Below are positions 29,850-39,695 of a DNA stretch of 64,000 bases, piece after piece. Positions within the stretch are counted from its first letter, which is position 1. Each line of letters opens with the position of its first letter. The notes beneath the pieces were generated by a model that worked only from the letters and a program-made list of their open reading frames with translations, was not told the origin of the DNA and did not search any database. The translations under genes and the position numbers were made by a program. The DNA comes from an uncultured Candidatus Saccharibacteria bacterium (GTDB lineage Bacteria; Patescibacteriota; Minisyncoccia; Phycocordibacterales; UBA9973): assembly GCA_964625065.1 (NCBI GenBank), contig CAZUZL010000002.1, positions 58,067 through 122,066 of the forward strand. The letters are read 5' to 3'.

Positions 29850-30854
29850 TTATAAAATTTCTTTTACTTTTGATATTATTCCGTCTACACCCATACCGTA
29901 GTGTTCTATCAGTTCTGCTGGTGTGCCTGACTGACCAAACCTATCGTTAACGCCTACAAACCCCATATGCACTGGGTGGTTTTTAGCCAAGCATTCGGCC
30001 ACTGCACTGCCCATGCCGCCGGCAATTTGGTGTTCCTCCACAGTTACAATTTTACCTGTTTCTATTGCTAGTTTTGTTACAGCTTCAACATCAAGTGGTT
30101 TTATTGTTGCCAGGTTCATAACCTTAACATTTATACCTTCTTGTTCTAATTTACTTGCAGCCAGTAGAGCCTTGTGTACCAATGCACCTGTAGCAATAAT
30201 ACCCACGACGGCTTTGCCATTTTTCGGTTCAAACATTATTTGTGCCTTACCTAAAACAAAAGGTGTGTCAGTAGTTGTAATGATAGGTGTTTTCTCGCGA
30301 GCTAAACGTAGATATGCAGGTTTACCAAGCGCCGCTAGTGCCAGTGTAGCTTTCTTCGATTCATTAGCGTCACAAGGCGAAACCACGATCATGTTTGGTA
30401 TAACACGAGTTATGGCAATGTCCTCTATTGCCTGGTGTGTACCACCGTCTGGACCTACAGAAACACCAGCATGACTACCGGCAATAATTACCCCGCGGTC
30501 GTTGTAGGCTATAGTTGTACGAATCTGTTCCCAGTTTCTACCTGGACTAAACATTGCATAAGAAGATATAAAAGGTATTTTACCCATTGCTGCCATACCG
30601 GAGGCCACAGATGCCAAGTTTTGTTCTGCAATTCCTACTTGTATAAAACGGCTTGGAAATGTGTCTCGGAACAAATGCATTTGCGTAGACTCGGTCAAAT
30701 CTGCGCATAAACCAACAACACGTTCGTCTAACTTGCCTGCCTCGAGCAATCCGTCACCAAAACCTTTACGTATTGGAACTTGTTCCACAGAGTCGGAAAA
30801 TAGATTTTCATTAAGTTTTAAATCTGGGTTTAGCATAAATTTATTGGTGTTCAC
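29850..30854 (-). CDS. Transketolase, C-terminal subunit
   Basis: GIAEQN, GPDGGTHQ, TVEEH...GGMG. Alternative ATG at 30836. Confidence 0.93.
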   Translation of the reverse strand: MNTNKFMLNPDLKLNENLFSDSVEQVPIRKGFGDGLLEAGKLDERVVGLCADLTESTQMHLFRDTFPSRFIQVGIAEQNLASVASGMAAMGKIPFISSYAMFSPGRNWEQIRTTIAYNDRGVIIAGSHAGVSVGPDGGTHQAIEDIAITRVIPNMIVVSPCDANESKKATLALAALGKPAYLRLAREKTPIITTTDTPFVLGKAQIMFEPKNGKAVVGIIATGALVHKALLAASKLEQEGINVKVMNLATIKPLDVEAVTKLAIETGKIVTVEEHQIAGGMGSAVAECLAKNHPVHMGFVGVNDRFGQSGTPAELIEHYGMGVDGIISKVKEIL

Positions 30855-31716
30855 TTTTAATTTTACCTCCTAATGTACGCAATTCGTTAAATGCATGTTT
30901 ATAGTCCTCTACTGCAGTCTTAGCATTTGGGGCGTAACCATGCCAATGGTAGTCGCGTTCAAATTCAGGTACACCCTTGCCAGGTATAGTGCGGGCAATT
31001 ATAACTGAAGGCTTTTCAAATATTGCTTTGGCGCGGTTTACAGCATTATCAATGTCTGCAAAATTATGGCCGTCTATTTCCTGGACATGCCAGTTGAAAG
31101 ATTCCCATTTTTTAGCAACACTGTCTACAGGCATTACATCTTCGGTATAACCGTCGATCTGTATGTTGTTACGGTCGACAATGGCAATAATGTTATGTAA
31201 TTTATATTTTGCTGCTAGCATTATTGCTTCCCAGTTTTGACCTTCGTCTAGTTCGCCGTCACCCAGTAAACAGTAAATTGTTTTTTCAGTTTTTGCGCCA
31301 GAATCAATACGGTCCGCTAATGCCATACCAACAGCTTGCGACAAACCAGAACCAAGCGGGCCTGAAGAGTTTTCTAAATATGGTAAAAACTCGCGGTGTG
31401 GGTGACCCTGCAAACGACTGCCAAACTTGCGTAATGTTTTTAATTCTTCAACTGGAAAATACCCACTGTGGGCCATAGCTGCATATAACACAGGGTTTAT
31501 GTGGCCGTTAGATAGTACCAACCTGTCACGTTCGGGCCATAGTGGGTTTACAGGGTCGTGGCGCATGCCATGGAAATATAAATACGTAAACACGTCTGCC
31601 ATACCCAACGGACCCGCTGTGTGGCCACTGCCGGCTGCTAGTAACATAGTAATAATAGACTCACGTACATCGTTAGCTTTTTCTTGTAGATCAAGTATTT
31701 GCTTGTCGTTTAACAT
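30841..31716 (-). CDS. Transketolase, N-terminal subunit
   Basis: GSGH, RDRLVLSNGH, LQGHP, GDGELDEG TPP motif. Start MLNDK. Confidence 0.93.
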   Translation of the reverse strand: MLNDKQILDLQEKANDVRESIITMLLAAGSGHTAGPLGMADVFTYLYFHGMRHDPVNPLWPERDRLVLSNGHINPVLYAAMAHSGYFPVEELKTLRKFGSRLQGHPHREFLPYLENSSGPLGSGLSQAVGMALADRIDSGAKTEKTIYCLLGDGELDEGQNWEAIMLAAKYKLHNIIAIVDRNNIQIDGYTEDVMPVDSVAKKWESFNWHVQEIDGHNFADIDNAVNRAKAIFEKPSVIIARTIPGKGVPEFERDYHWHGYAPNAKTAVEDYKHAFNELRTLGGKIKSEHQ

Positions 31717-31787
31717 GTATACATTATACACCATACAACTGAACTGTAATAGTAAAAATACTACACACAGCGTAGTATTTTTACTAT

Positions 31788-31940
31788 TTATTTTTTCTTT
31801 TGTGTAGGTTTTTTAACCTCAATTAAATCTTGCAGTTCTTTTAGTAGTTTTTTATCTTTCACCACCAATGCCGCCACAGTAACCGGCCCAGCTACCGGCC
31901 CCCGCCCCACTTCGTCTATGCCTACCACGTATTTTTTCAT
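31788..31940 (-). pseudogene. rnhB: Truncated ribonuclease HII (50-aa N-terminal fragment)
   Basis: MKKYVVGIDEVGRGPVAGPVTVAAL... then a stop and terminator hairpin (31748-31788). DSK motif and the rest are missing. Confidence 0.85.
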
Positions 31941-31958
31941 ATATTTATAATACCACAC

Positions 31959-31985
31959 CCAGATAGTGCTTCAGGCACTATCTGG
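31959..31985. repeat. REP-like palindrome, family 2 copy a
   Basis: CCAGATAGTGC-TTCAG-GCACTATCTGG, with the RAYT2 stop codon in the loop. Confidence 0.85.
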
Positions 31986-32645
31986 TAAATTATCTTCTTC
32001 TAACAATGACTGTTTACCCCGTTCTTTTCTTATTATAGAAACTATTTCTTTACAGTATTTTTCAAAACCTTTTACACCACCAAATGTTTTTAATATATTT
32101 TCACCTTCTGTTTTTGATATTACATTAAAATTATTATTTTTATATTCTGAACTACCAGCGAAAACTAGGTGTGATTTTTCCAAAGGTACATCATGTACTT
32201 CATTGTTAAAATTTACATAACCAATTAATTTCTTAAAATAATTATCATCATAGATATGATGCGACTTAAAAGTTCCTTGGAACAATGACCCTGTTCGTGA
32301 ATATTTCGCATTAAAATAATTTGTGTAACCTCCTAATGATTTTTGCATAAACTTAGAAATACCTCCATTTTCCAACTGTTTCAAAATAAAATGAAAATGA
32401 TTCGGATTTAAACAACACGCTGCTATAGCAACTAATGACTGATTACCAGATAGGACTTTAGGTCCTATCTGGTTCTTTGTTTTTCTTACGTTTGACAAAC
32501 TATTTACAATTTCAACATCATTAAACTCGAGAATACTTTCAATAAATCGTTCTAAATCTTCCTTACACATAAAAATATCACGCTTATCAACACCACGATT
32601 GTATATATGATAATATTCTCCTGTTACTAATGCTTCTTTTCTCAT
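31971..32645 (-). mobile_element. REP-associated tyrosine (HUH/Y1) transposase, RAYT-like #2
   Basis: YYHIYNRGVDKRDIF, CCLNPNHFHFIL (HUH), GSLFQGTFKS, YVNFN. Confidence 0.88.
32445..32473. repeat. REP-like palindrome, family 2 copy b (inside the CDS, in frame)
   Basis: ACCAGATAGGAC-TTTAG-GTCCTATCTGGT encoding NQIGPKVLSG. Confidence 0.85.
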
Positions 32646-32666
32646 AAAGTAATTATACTACTTTCT

Positions 32667-32689
32667 AGATAGGACCTAAAGTCCTATCT
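32667..32689. repeat. REP-like palindrome, family 2 copy c (inverted)
   Basis: AGATAGGAC-CTAAA-GTCCTATCT, exact reverse complement of the copy b core. Confidence 0.85.
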
Positions 32690-32746
32690 GTGGATATTTC
32701 AACAAAAAAAACCGAACAACAATGTTGTTCGGTTTAGTATTAAATT

Positions 32747-33067
32747 TTATAGTCGATGCGATATAAGCAACAACGTTAGTATATTGTCATGGCAACTTGG
32801 GTGTGGTATGGCTCTAATGTCAGTTTCTAATAAGAAATGTTTTGGGTGGTGCATTTGTTGATGCATAAAGTAAAGTCTAATCAGTGCTTTGCTTATCTTC
32901 CTCCAGGTTTTATCTAATTCACAATTTCTTTCGAAATGACCCCAAAATCTATCATTTCGGACCCAATCTATTTGTTGAGCTAACCGAAACTCTAGATCTT
33001 GTATTTCTTGCCAAATGTCTTCTTCTTTTTTATTTGAAGTATTTTTTATTAATATTTTATGTATCAT
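32747..33067 (-). CDS. Hypothetical protein
   Basis: 106-aa ORF with an upstream TTGACA and a downstream terminator at ~32709-32735. Confidence 0.55.
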   Translation of the reverse strand: MIHKILIKNTSNKKEEDIWQEIQDLEFRLAQQIDWVRNDRFWGHFERNCELDKTWRKISKALIRLYFMHQQMHHPKHFLLETDIRAIPHPSCHDNILTLLLISHRL

Positions 33068-33157
33068 ATTACTTAGTTATTTTGACCTAACTTTACCCAT
33101 ATACAACCCGTTTGTCAACATTTCGTCAGTTCGAGTAAAAGCGTATAATAGTGTCAC

Positions 33158-33286
33158 ATGGATCCCGTTAGAAGCCGCGGCCGCAGTTACTGGGAATTAT
33201 TATGAAAACATACACAAAACCAAATTACAAACATAATCAAGCAAATCGCGCTCTGTTGACCGCGACCTGCTTCTAAACGGGATGGA
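33158..33286. mobile_element. MITE-like insertion at the dnaE start codon
   Basis: TIRs ATCCCGTTAGAAGC / GCTTCTAAACGGGAT with ATGGA duplicated on both sides. Confidence 0.7.
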
Positions 33287-36200
33287 CGCCCCTTTTACCC
33301 ATCTACATACCCATTCGCACTATTCCCTACTAGATGGGCTTTCTAAAATACCCCAGCTTGTTAAGGCTGCAAAGGCCGACAACATGCAAGCAATTGCATT
33401 AACCGACCACGGCAACCTATATGGCGCCATCGAGTTCTACCAGGAATGCAAAAAGAAAGAAATAAAACCCATCATAGGTGTCGAAGCATATGTTGCACCA
33501 CGCGGACGTAATGACAAGGACCCCGGCATCGACAACAAACGTTACCACCTGACGCTGCTGGCAGAAAACATGACTGGTTATAAAAACATTATTAAACTAG
33601 TTTCGTTAGCGTACACCGAAGGTTTTTATTACAAACCACGCATGGACAAAGAAATACTTCGCACATACAGCGAAGGTATAATTTGTTTAACTGGTTGCCC
33701 TGGTGGTGAACTAGCACAGATGTTGTTGCAAAAAAATATTCCAAAAGCTAAAGAAGTTTTAGAAGAATGGATAGATATTTTCGGTAAAAATAATTTGTAT
33801 ATCGAAGTAATGAACCATGCCGAAATCGAAGGTTACCAAGAAGTTATACAACACCTTATTGCCTTGTCCAAGGAATACAACGTACCACTAGTTGGCACAT
33901 GGGACGCACACTACCTACACGTTAGCGACGCCGAGGCCCAAGACACATTGGTAGCTATAAACACCGGTAGCGACCTGGCAAACATGAAGATGAGTATGAA
34001 GAACGGAAACTATTCGTTTATTACATCTGCCGAAGCATACGAGTTTTTCAAAGACATTCCTGGTGCATACGACAACACAGCTGTTATAGCAGAACGTTGT
34101 AATTTAGAACTTACATTAGGCAAATTCTTCTTCCCAGAATTTATATTACCCCCAGGTGCTAATGCAGACGACGTACTACGCGACACTGCATATGCAGGTA
34201 TACAAACACGCAGAATAGAAATGGACGAAACTGTAAAGGAACGCCTGAACTACGAACTAGAAGTTATAAAAACCAAAGGTTATTCGTCGTATTTCTTAAT
34301 CATGCACGACCTGATGCGCCATGCACGTGAAAACGGAATTTTAACAAACACTCGTGGATCAGCGGCGGGGTCTTTTGTTTCGTATGTATGTGGCATTACA
34401 AACGTTGACCCAATTTTATATAAACTACCTTTTGAACGTTTCCTAAACCCATTCCGTCCATCCGCACCCGACATCGACCTGGACATTGCAGACGACAGAC
34501 GCGACGAACTTATCGAGTATGCTAGACAAAAATACGGTGCAGAAAAAGTAGCCCAGATCGGTACGTTCGGTACTATGGCTGCCCGCGGTGCTGTACGCGA
34601 CGTAGCACGCGCGTTAGGTTACCCATACACTACAGGCGACAGAATAAGTAAAATGATACCCATGGGTAGCCAAGGTTTTCCAATGACACTAGACCATGCA
34701 TTAGAAATTGTACCTGAACTTAAAGAAGCATATGACAGTGAACGTGATGTAAAAACCATTATTGATCTAGCTAAAAAAATAGAAGGCTCTGCACGCCACA
34801 TTTCTGTGCACGCTGCCGGCGTGGTTATTGCCCCTGGTCCACTAACAGACTTTACACCCGTACAGTTCGACCCCAAGGGTGGCAAACTTATAACCCAGTA
34901 CGACATGTATTCAGTCGGTGAAGACGGCGTTGGTTTAACTAAATTCGACTTCCTGGGTATTCGTAACCTGGCATTTCTTGCATCCAGCGTACTACTACTT
35001 GAAAAAATAACTGGCAAAGTTATAGACCTAGACACTGTACCAATAGACGACAAAAAAACTTTTGAAATGCTTGCCCGCGGAGAAACAGAAGGTTTGTTCC
35101 AACTTAACGGTTCAGGCATGACACAGGCACTGAAGAAACTAAAGCCAACAACCATACACGACATAAACGTTATGGTGGCACTGTACCGCCCGGGTCCGAT
35201 GCAGACGATAGACGAATACATTGCACGTAAAAACGGAGAAAAACCAGTTATATTCTACCACCCAAAAATGAAGGACTACCTTCTAACAACATTCGGTTTG
35301 CTTGTGTACCAAGACGACTTATTGTTTACGGCTATCGAACTAGCTGGTTACGACTGGGGTGAAGTGGACAAATTCCGTAAAGCCGTTGGTAAAAAGATTC
35401 CTGAAGAAATGGCCAAACAACACGTAAAGTTCGTTGAAGGTTGTCAAAAATGTTCTGGACTAACACCACAACAAGCCGAAAAAATATGGACACTGTTTGA
35501 ACCTTTCCAAGGTTACGGTTTTAACAAAGCCCATGCTGCGTCATATGGCAAGGTTGCGTACCAGACTGCATATATGAAGGCTAACTACCCTGTTTACTAT
35601 ATGACAGCCATGTTAACAGCTGAATCAGGCGACATTGAAACCATTGGTATATACATCAACGAATGTCGGCGTATGGGTCTGAATATACTACCCCCATCTA
35701 TAAACGAAAGTTTCCACGCTTTTACTATTGCTAAGGAAGACGGTGTGGCATTAGACAAAAGTCGTACAATACGTTTCGGTTTATATACAATTAAAAACCT
35801 CGGTGGCGACATCGCCGACGCTATAATAGCCGAACGTAAAGCCCGTGGACCGTTTACTACCATAGACAACTTCCTAGACCGTATGACCCATAAAAACTTG
35901 AACAAGAAATCTATGGAAGCACTTATAAAGTCTGGTGCATTCGACGACCTGGGTGAACGTAACCAACTACTAGTAAACTCTGAAGCGTTATTAGAATATA
36001 ACCGCGAATACGCCCGCAAATCAGACAGCCAATCTTCACTATTTTCTATAGGACTTACCCAACACCAACTTCAACTAGCTGAAACTGAACCAGCAACATT
36101 AACAGAAAAACTAAACTGGGAAAAGGAACTGTTAGGTTTGTACATTTCCGGCCACCCATTAGACAACTTTGCAAAAAGACTCGAAGGCAAAAACACTATC

Positions 36201-36476
36201 GAAGAAATTAAAAAATCTAAGAAAAAAACTGGCATAGTACAGTTAGGTGCAATTATCGAGGAAATACGAAAAGTACAAACTAAAACAGGCGAATTCATGG
36301 CATTCCTTAAACTGTCAGACAAAACAGGTTCTATAGAAGCTGTAATATTTCCAAAAAACTTCCGTGAATTTATAAAAATAGTCGAGTCGTCACCCACACT
36401 AGGCATCGCCGGCCGGACAACAGTACGCAACGACGAAAAAAGTATTGTTATAGAAAAAGTTATAGCGCTAGTTTAG
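33282..36476 (+). CDS. dnaE: DNA polymerase III alpha subunit
   Basis: HLHTHSHYSLLDG (PHP), RGSAAGS, PDIDLD, GYGFNKAHAASY, OB fold. Confidence 0.97.
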   Translation: MDAPFTHLHTHSHYSLLDGLSKIPQLVKAAKADNMQAIALTDHGNLYGAIEFYQECKKKEIKPIIGVEAYVAPRGRNDKDPGIDNKRYHLTLLAENMTGYKNIIKLVSLAYTEGFYYKPRMDKEILRTYSEGIICLTGCPGGELAQMLLQKNIPKAKEVLEEWIDIFGKNNLYIEVMNHAEIEGYQEVIQHLIALSKEYNVPLVGTWDAHYLHVSDAEAQDTLVAINTGSDLANMKMSMKNGNYSFITSAEAYEFFKDIPGAYDNTAVIAERCNLELTLGKFFFPEFILPPGANADDVLRDTAYAGIQTRRIEMDETVKERLNYELEVIKTKGYSSYFLIMHDLMRHARENGILTNTRGSAAGSFVSYVCGITNVDPILYKLPFERFLNPFRPSAPDIDLDIADDRRDELIEYARQKYGAEKVAQIGTFGTMAARGAVRDVARALGYPYTTGDRISKMIPMGSQGFPMTLDHALEIVPELKEAYDSERDVKTIIDLAKKIEGSARHISVHAAGVVIAPGPLTDFTPVQFDPKGGKLITQYDMYSVGEDGVGLTKFDFLGIRNLAFLASSVLLLEKITGKVIDLDTVPIDDKKTFEMLARGETEGLFQLNGSGMTQALKKLKPTTIHDINVMVALYRPGPMQTIDEYIARKNGEKPVIFYHPKMKDYLLTTFGLLVYQDDLLFTAIELAGYDWGEVDKFRKAVGKKIPEEMAKQHVKFVEGCQKCSGLTPQQAEKIWTLFEPFQGYGFNKAHAASYGKVAYQTAYMKANYPVYYMTAMLTAESGDIETIGIYINECRRMGLNILPPSINESFHAFTIAKEDGVALDKSRTIRFGLYTIKNLGGDIADAIIAERKARGPFTTIDNFLDRMTHKNLNKKSMEALIKSGAFDDLGERNQLLVNSEALLEYNREYARKSDSQSSLFSIGLTQHQLQLAETEPATLTEKLNWEKELLGLYISGHPLDNFAKRLEGKNTIEEIKKSKKKTGIVQLGAIIEEIRKVQTKTGEFMAFLKLSDKTGSIEAVIFPKNFREFIKIVESSPTLGIAGRTTVRNDEKSIVIEKVIALV

Positions 36477-36531
36477 TACAGATACAAAATGTAAAAACCC
36501 TCGCGGATAGCGAGGGTTTTTACTAGTTCTA

Positions 36532-37095
36532 TTATGCTTGTACGTTTTTAATTTTTGTCATGATAGACATAACTTGGTTAGCGTACTGAGGCACAACAGA
36601 TGGTGGGTTGTAAGTTCGGAGGATACCCTTTACATCTTTGTCTTTATAATAAGACGCTGTTTTAGGGTGGTTACCACCTAGGTGCTGACCAATTTTTTCA
36701 ATTGCAACATCCATTGTTTCAAAACCTACTTTACATGACGCCCATCCCCAGTAGTTGTTGTCATGTGTTTTACATGCAAACTTACCTCCGGTAGATTCAC
36801 GTACTGCAATTGCAGGAATTAGGTATGGGTCAAGGTCGTTTTCGTATGCAACTTCTACCATCTTTGCGCCGTAGCCAGCTAGTGGCATGTTGCGGTCAGA
36901 AAGGTATGTGTCGATTTTAGCGGCTATATCTGCACGTTCGCGCATATCAGCTTCACTTAAAACGGGTACTTGATTCTGTGCATTTACTTCTGTTAAGATC
37001 GTAGCGCTTCCTGGAGTCGCTTGCGCGATGCTCATTGCCATAAGCGGCATTACTATCATTGACTGAAGAAATGTTAAATTGATTTTGTGTTTCAT
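36532..37095 (-). CDS. Secreted lysozyme-fold protein (glucosaminidase/SLT-like)
   Basis: Signal peptide, LDPYLIPAIAVRESTGG, NNYWGW, YNPP...YA. Confidence 0.7.
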   Translation of the reverse strand: MKHKINLTFLQSMIVMPLMAMSIAQATPGSATILTEVNAQNQVPVLSEADMRERADIAAKIDTYLSDRNMPLAGYGAKMVEVAYENDLDPYLIPAIAVRESTGGKFACKTHDNNYWGWASCKVGFETMDVAIEKIGQHLGGNHPKTASYYKDKDVKGILRTYNPPSVVPQYANQVMSIMTKIKNVQA

Positions 37096-37212
37096 AGGTG
37101 GGGGTTTTGCTCCCTTAAACCAGTGGTAGAAATATTTTGCCTAAAAAGCAAAAAAACCTATAATCAATTAGTTGTACAAAATACTACCAATTGACTATTC
37201 GGTTATGAGTCA

Positions 37213-37241
37213 AGTATAGCAAATCGAGGTCTAAAAGTCAA
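37213..37241 (-). promoter_or_regulatory. Sigma70 promoter of the cell-wall hydrolase gene
   Basis: TTGACT-17nt-TATACT with extended TG. Confidence 0.65.
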
Positions 37242-37321
37242 GCCCTAAACATTGACTTTATACTGTTTTGTGTTGTATTGAAATATAAAAAACCCTTATT
37301 TTATAAGGGTTTTTTAGTGTT

Positions 37322-39628
37322 TTAACCTTGATTTTGTTGTGTTCGTATGGTCTCGATTAGGTTCAATGTTTCAGCCTTTAGACTGGCTTCCATGGACTTG
37401 AACAGGCGTAGGCCTTCTTTCTTGTATTCTATCAACGGGTCGCGTTGGCCATATGCCCGAAGGTTAACAGAACTGCGCATATAGTCCATAGTTTCTAGGT
37501 GTTCTACCCACAAATTGTCTGTAACTGTAAGTAAAATGCGTCGCAGTACGTCGAAAAATGCATCTTCACCTACTTCTTTGACTTTACCGGCTACTATTTC
37601 TGGTGCACGTTCGTCTATTTCTGATAGAGATTCTATATATGATGTTAATACGGCTCTGTCGCCTTCTACGATGCTGTTACGGCGGTTATATATGGCAGTA
37701 CGCTGGGTATTTAACACATCGTCGTATTCCAAAGTACTTTTACGTGCATCAAAATGAAAACCTTCTATTTTTGCCTGCGCGTTTTCTAGTGTGCGGCTGA
37801 TTATTTTGTTTTCTATAGGGGTTTCCTCTGGTATACCAAAACGGCCCATCATAGACTTCATTTTTTCACCACCGAATATACGAATTAGGTCGTCTTCTAA
37901 TGAAACATAGAATACTGTTTCGCCCATGTCGCCCTGACGGCCTGAACGACCACGCAACTGGTTGTCTATACGACGTGCTTCGTGGCGTTCTGTACCTAGA
38001 ACAAACAAACCACCTAGGTTGCGTATTTCTTCGCTCTGTTCTTTGGTTGAAGGTTTGCCACCTAACATAATGTCCACACCACGACCTGCCATGTTTGTAG
38101 CAACAACAACACTACCCTTGCGTCCAGATTGAGCGATTATTTCACCTTCTTTTTCGTGGTTTTTAGCATTTAGAACTGTATGTGCCACACCAGACTGGTG
38201 TAGGTATGCAGAAAGCATTTCACTTTTTTCTATAGACACAGTACCTATTAGTACAGGTTGGCCTTTTGTTTGTAGTTCTTTGACTTTGTCTGCTATTGCT
38301 TTGAATTTACCTTGTTCAGTTTGGAAAATCTGGTCTACATGGTCTATACGTTTTACTGGTAGGTGTGTGGGTATTTGTAATACGTCTAGTTTGTAGACTT
38401 TATAGAATTCTTCGGCAGAAGTTTCTGCGGTACCTGTCATGCCGCCTAGGGTTTTATAGAAACGGAAATAGTTTTGGTATGTTATAGACGCTACAGAACG
38501 TGTTTCGTTTTCTATTTTTACAGATTCTTTGGCTTCTACAGCTTGGTGTAGACCTTCAGACCAACGACGGCCCGGTTGCATACGGCCAGTAAATGGGTCG
38601 ACTATTATAACTTCGCCGTTTTTAACAACATAGTCTTTGTCCTTTATATATAGCGCATGTGCACGCACAGCAGTTTCAATATGGTGTACGTATTTGATAC
38701 CTTTTTCAGTATATATATCTGTTACACCTAGTAATTCTTCGACATGGTTTATACCTTCGTTAGTTAGTTGTATTGCTTTGACTTTTTCGTCTATTGTATA
38801 GTCGACTTCTTTTTGTAGTTTTTTAGCTATGTTTGCAGAAGTTTTATAAAGTTCGTCAGATTTTTCTGCTTCAGAGGAAATAATTAACGGTGTACGTGCT
38901 TCATCTATTAGTATAGAGTCTATTTCGTCGACTATTGCATATATATGTCCGCGTTGTGTACGTTGTTCTGGTAGGTATACCAAATTGTCGCGCAAATAGT
39001 CGAAACCAAATTCGCTGTTAGTACCATATGTTATGTCTGCCAGATAGGCTTCAGTTCTGGTACATGGACGAAGTTTTTCGTAAACAACACGGAAAGATTC
39101 TTCGTCGTTTGTGTCTTCTGGTGCGCTATGTGACGCGTCATATATATATGAAGTCTGTTGGCCATTAATAACAGACGTAGACACACCTAGAAATGAGAAA
39201 ATTTGGCCCATCCATGTTGCGTCGCGACGTGCTAGGTAGTCGTTAACTGTAACAATGTGTACACCCAGGCCTGTTATGGCATGTAGATATGCAGGTAGTG
39301 TTGCAACGAGTGTTTTACCTTCACCTGTACGCATTTCTGCAATCATACCGCGGTGTATAGCTATACCACCTATTAGTTGTTCGTCGTAGTGGCGCTGGCC
39401 TATAACACGACGTGCAGATTCACGCACTAATGCATATGCACGTGGTAGAACTTCGTCGAGAGTTTTACCTGACTTTATTTGTTCTTTTAGCTTGTTAGTT
39501 TCAATAGGAAAATCTGCATCGGATAGTGCTTGCATTTCAGGCTCAAAAGACGCAACCGATGCAATGATCGGCTTGTATGAAATAACGGTTTTTTCGTGTT
39601 TGTTTTTAAATAGATTCAGTAATGACAT
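37322..39628 (-). CDS. secA: Preprotein translocase SecA (no C-terminal Zn tail)
   Basis: EMRTGEGKT, VDEIDSILIDEARTPLIIS, ATNMAGRGVDI, RGRSGRQGD. Start MSLLN. Confidence 0.97.
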   Translation of the reverse strand: MSLLNLFKNKHEKTVISYKPIIASVASFEPEMQALSDADFPIETNKLKEQIKSGKTLDEVLPRAYALVRESARRVIGQRHYDEQLIGGIAIHRGMIAEMRTGEGKTLVATLPAYLHAITGLGVHIVTVNDYLARRDATWMGQIFSFLGVSTSVINGQQTSYIYDASHSAPEDTNDEESFRVVYEKLRPCTRTEAYLADITYGTNSEFGFDYLRDNLVYLPEQRTQRGHIYAIVDEIDSILIDEARTPLIISSEAEKSDELYKTSANIAKKLQKEVDYTIDEKVKAIQLTNEGINHVEELLGVTDIYTEKGIKYVHHIETAVRAHALYIKDKDYVVKNGEVIIVDPFTGRMQPGRRWSEGLHQAVEAKESVKIENETRSVASITYQNYFRFYKTLGGMTGTAETSAEEFYKVYKLDVLQIPTHLPVKRIDHVDQIFQTEQGKFKAIADKVKELQTKGQPVLIGTVSIEKSEMLSAYLHQSGVAHTVLNAKNHEKEGEIIAQSGRKGSVVVATNMAGRGVDIMLGGKPSTKEQSEEIRNLGGLFVLGTERHEARRIDNQLRGRSGRQGDMGETVFYVSLEDDLIRIFGGEKMKSMMGRFGIPEETPIENKIISRTLENAQAKIEGFHFDARKSTLEYDDVLNTQRTAIYNRRNSIVEGDRAVLTSYIESLSEIDERAPEIVAGKVKEVGEDAFFDVLRRILLTVTDNLWVEHLETMDYMRSSVNLRAYGQRDPLIEYKKEGLRLFKSMEASLKAETLNLIETIRTQQNQG

Positions 39629-39695
39629 GTGTGTATTATAGCACAGAAAAACCCGATACGCTATCGACATATCGGGCTTTTCTTTACTTAAAAGA

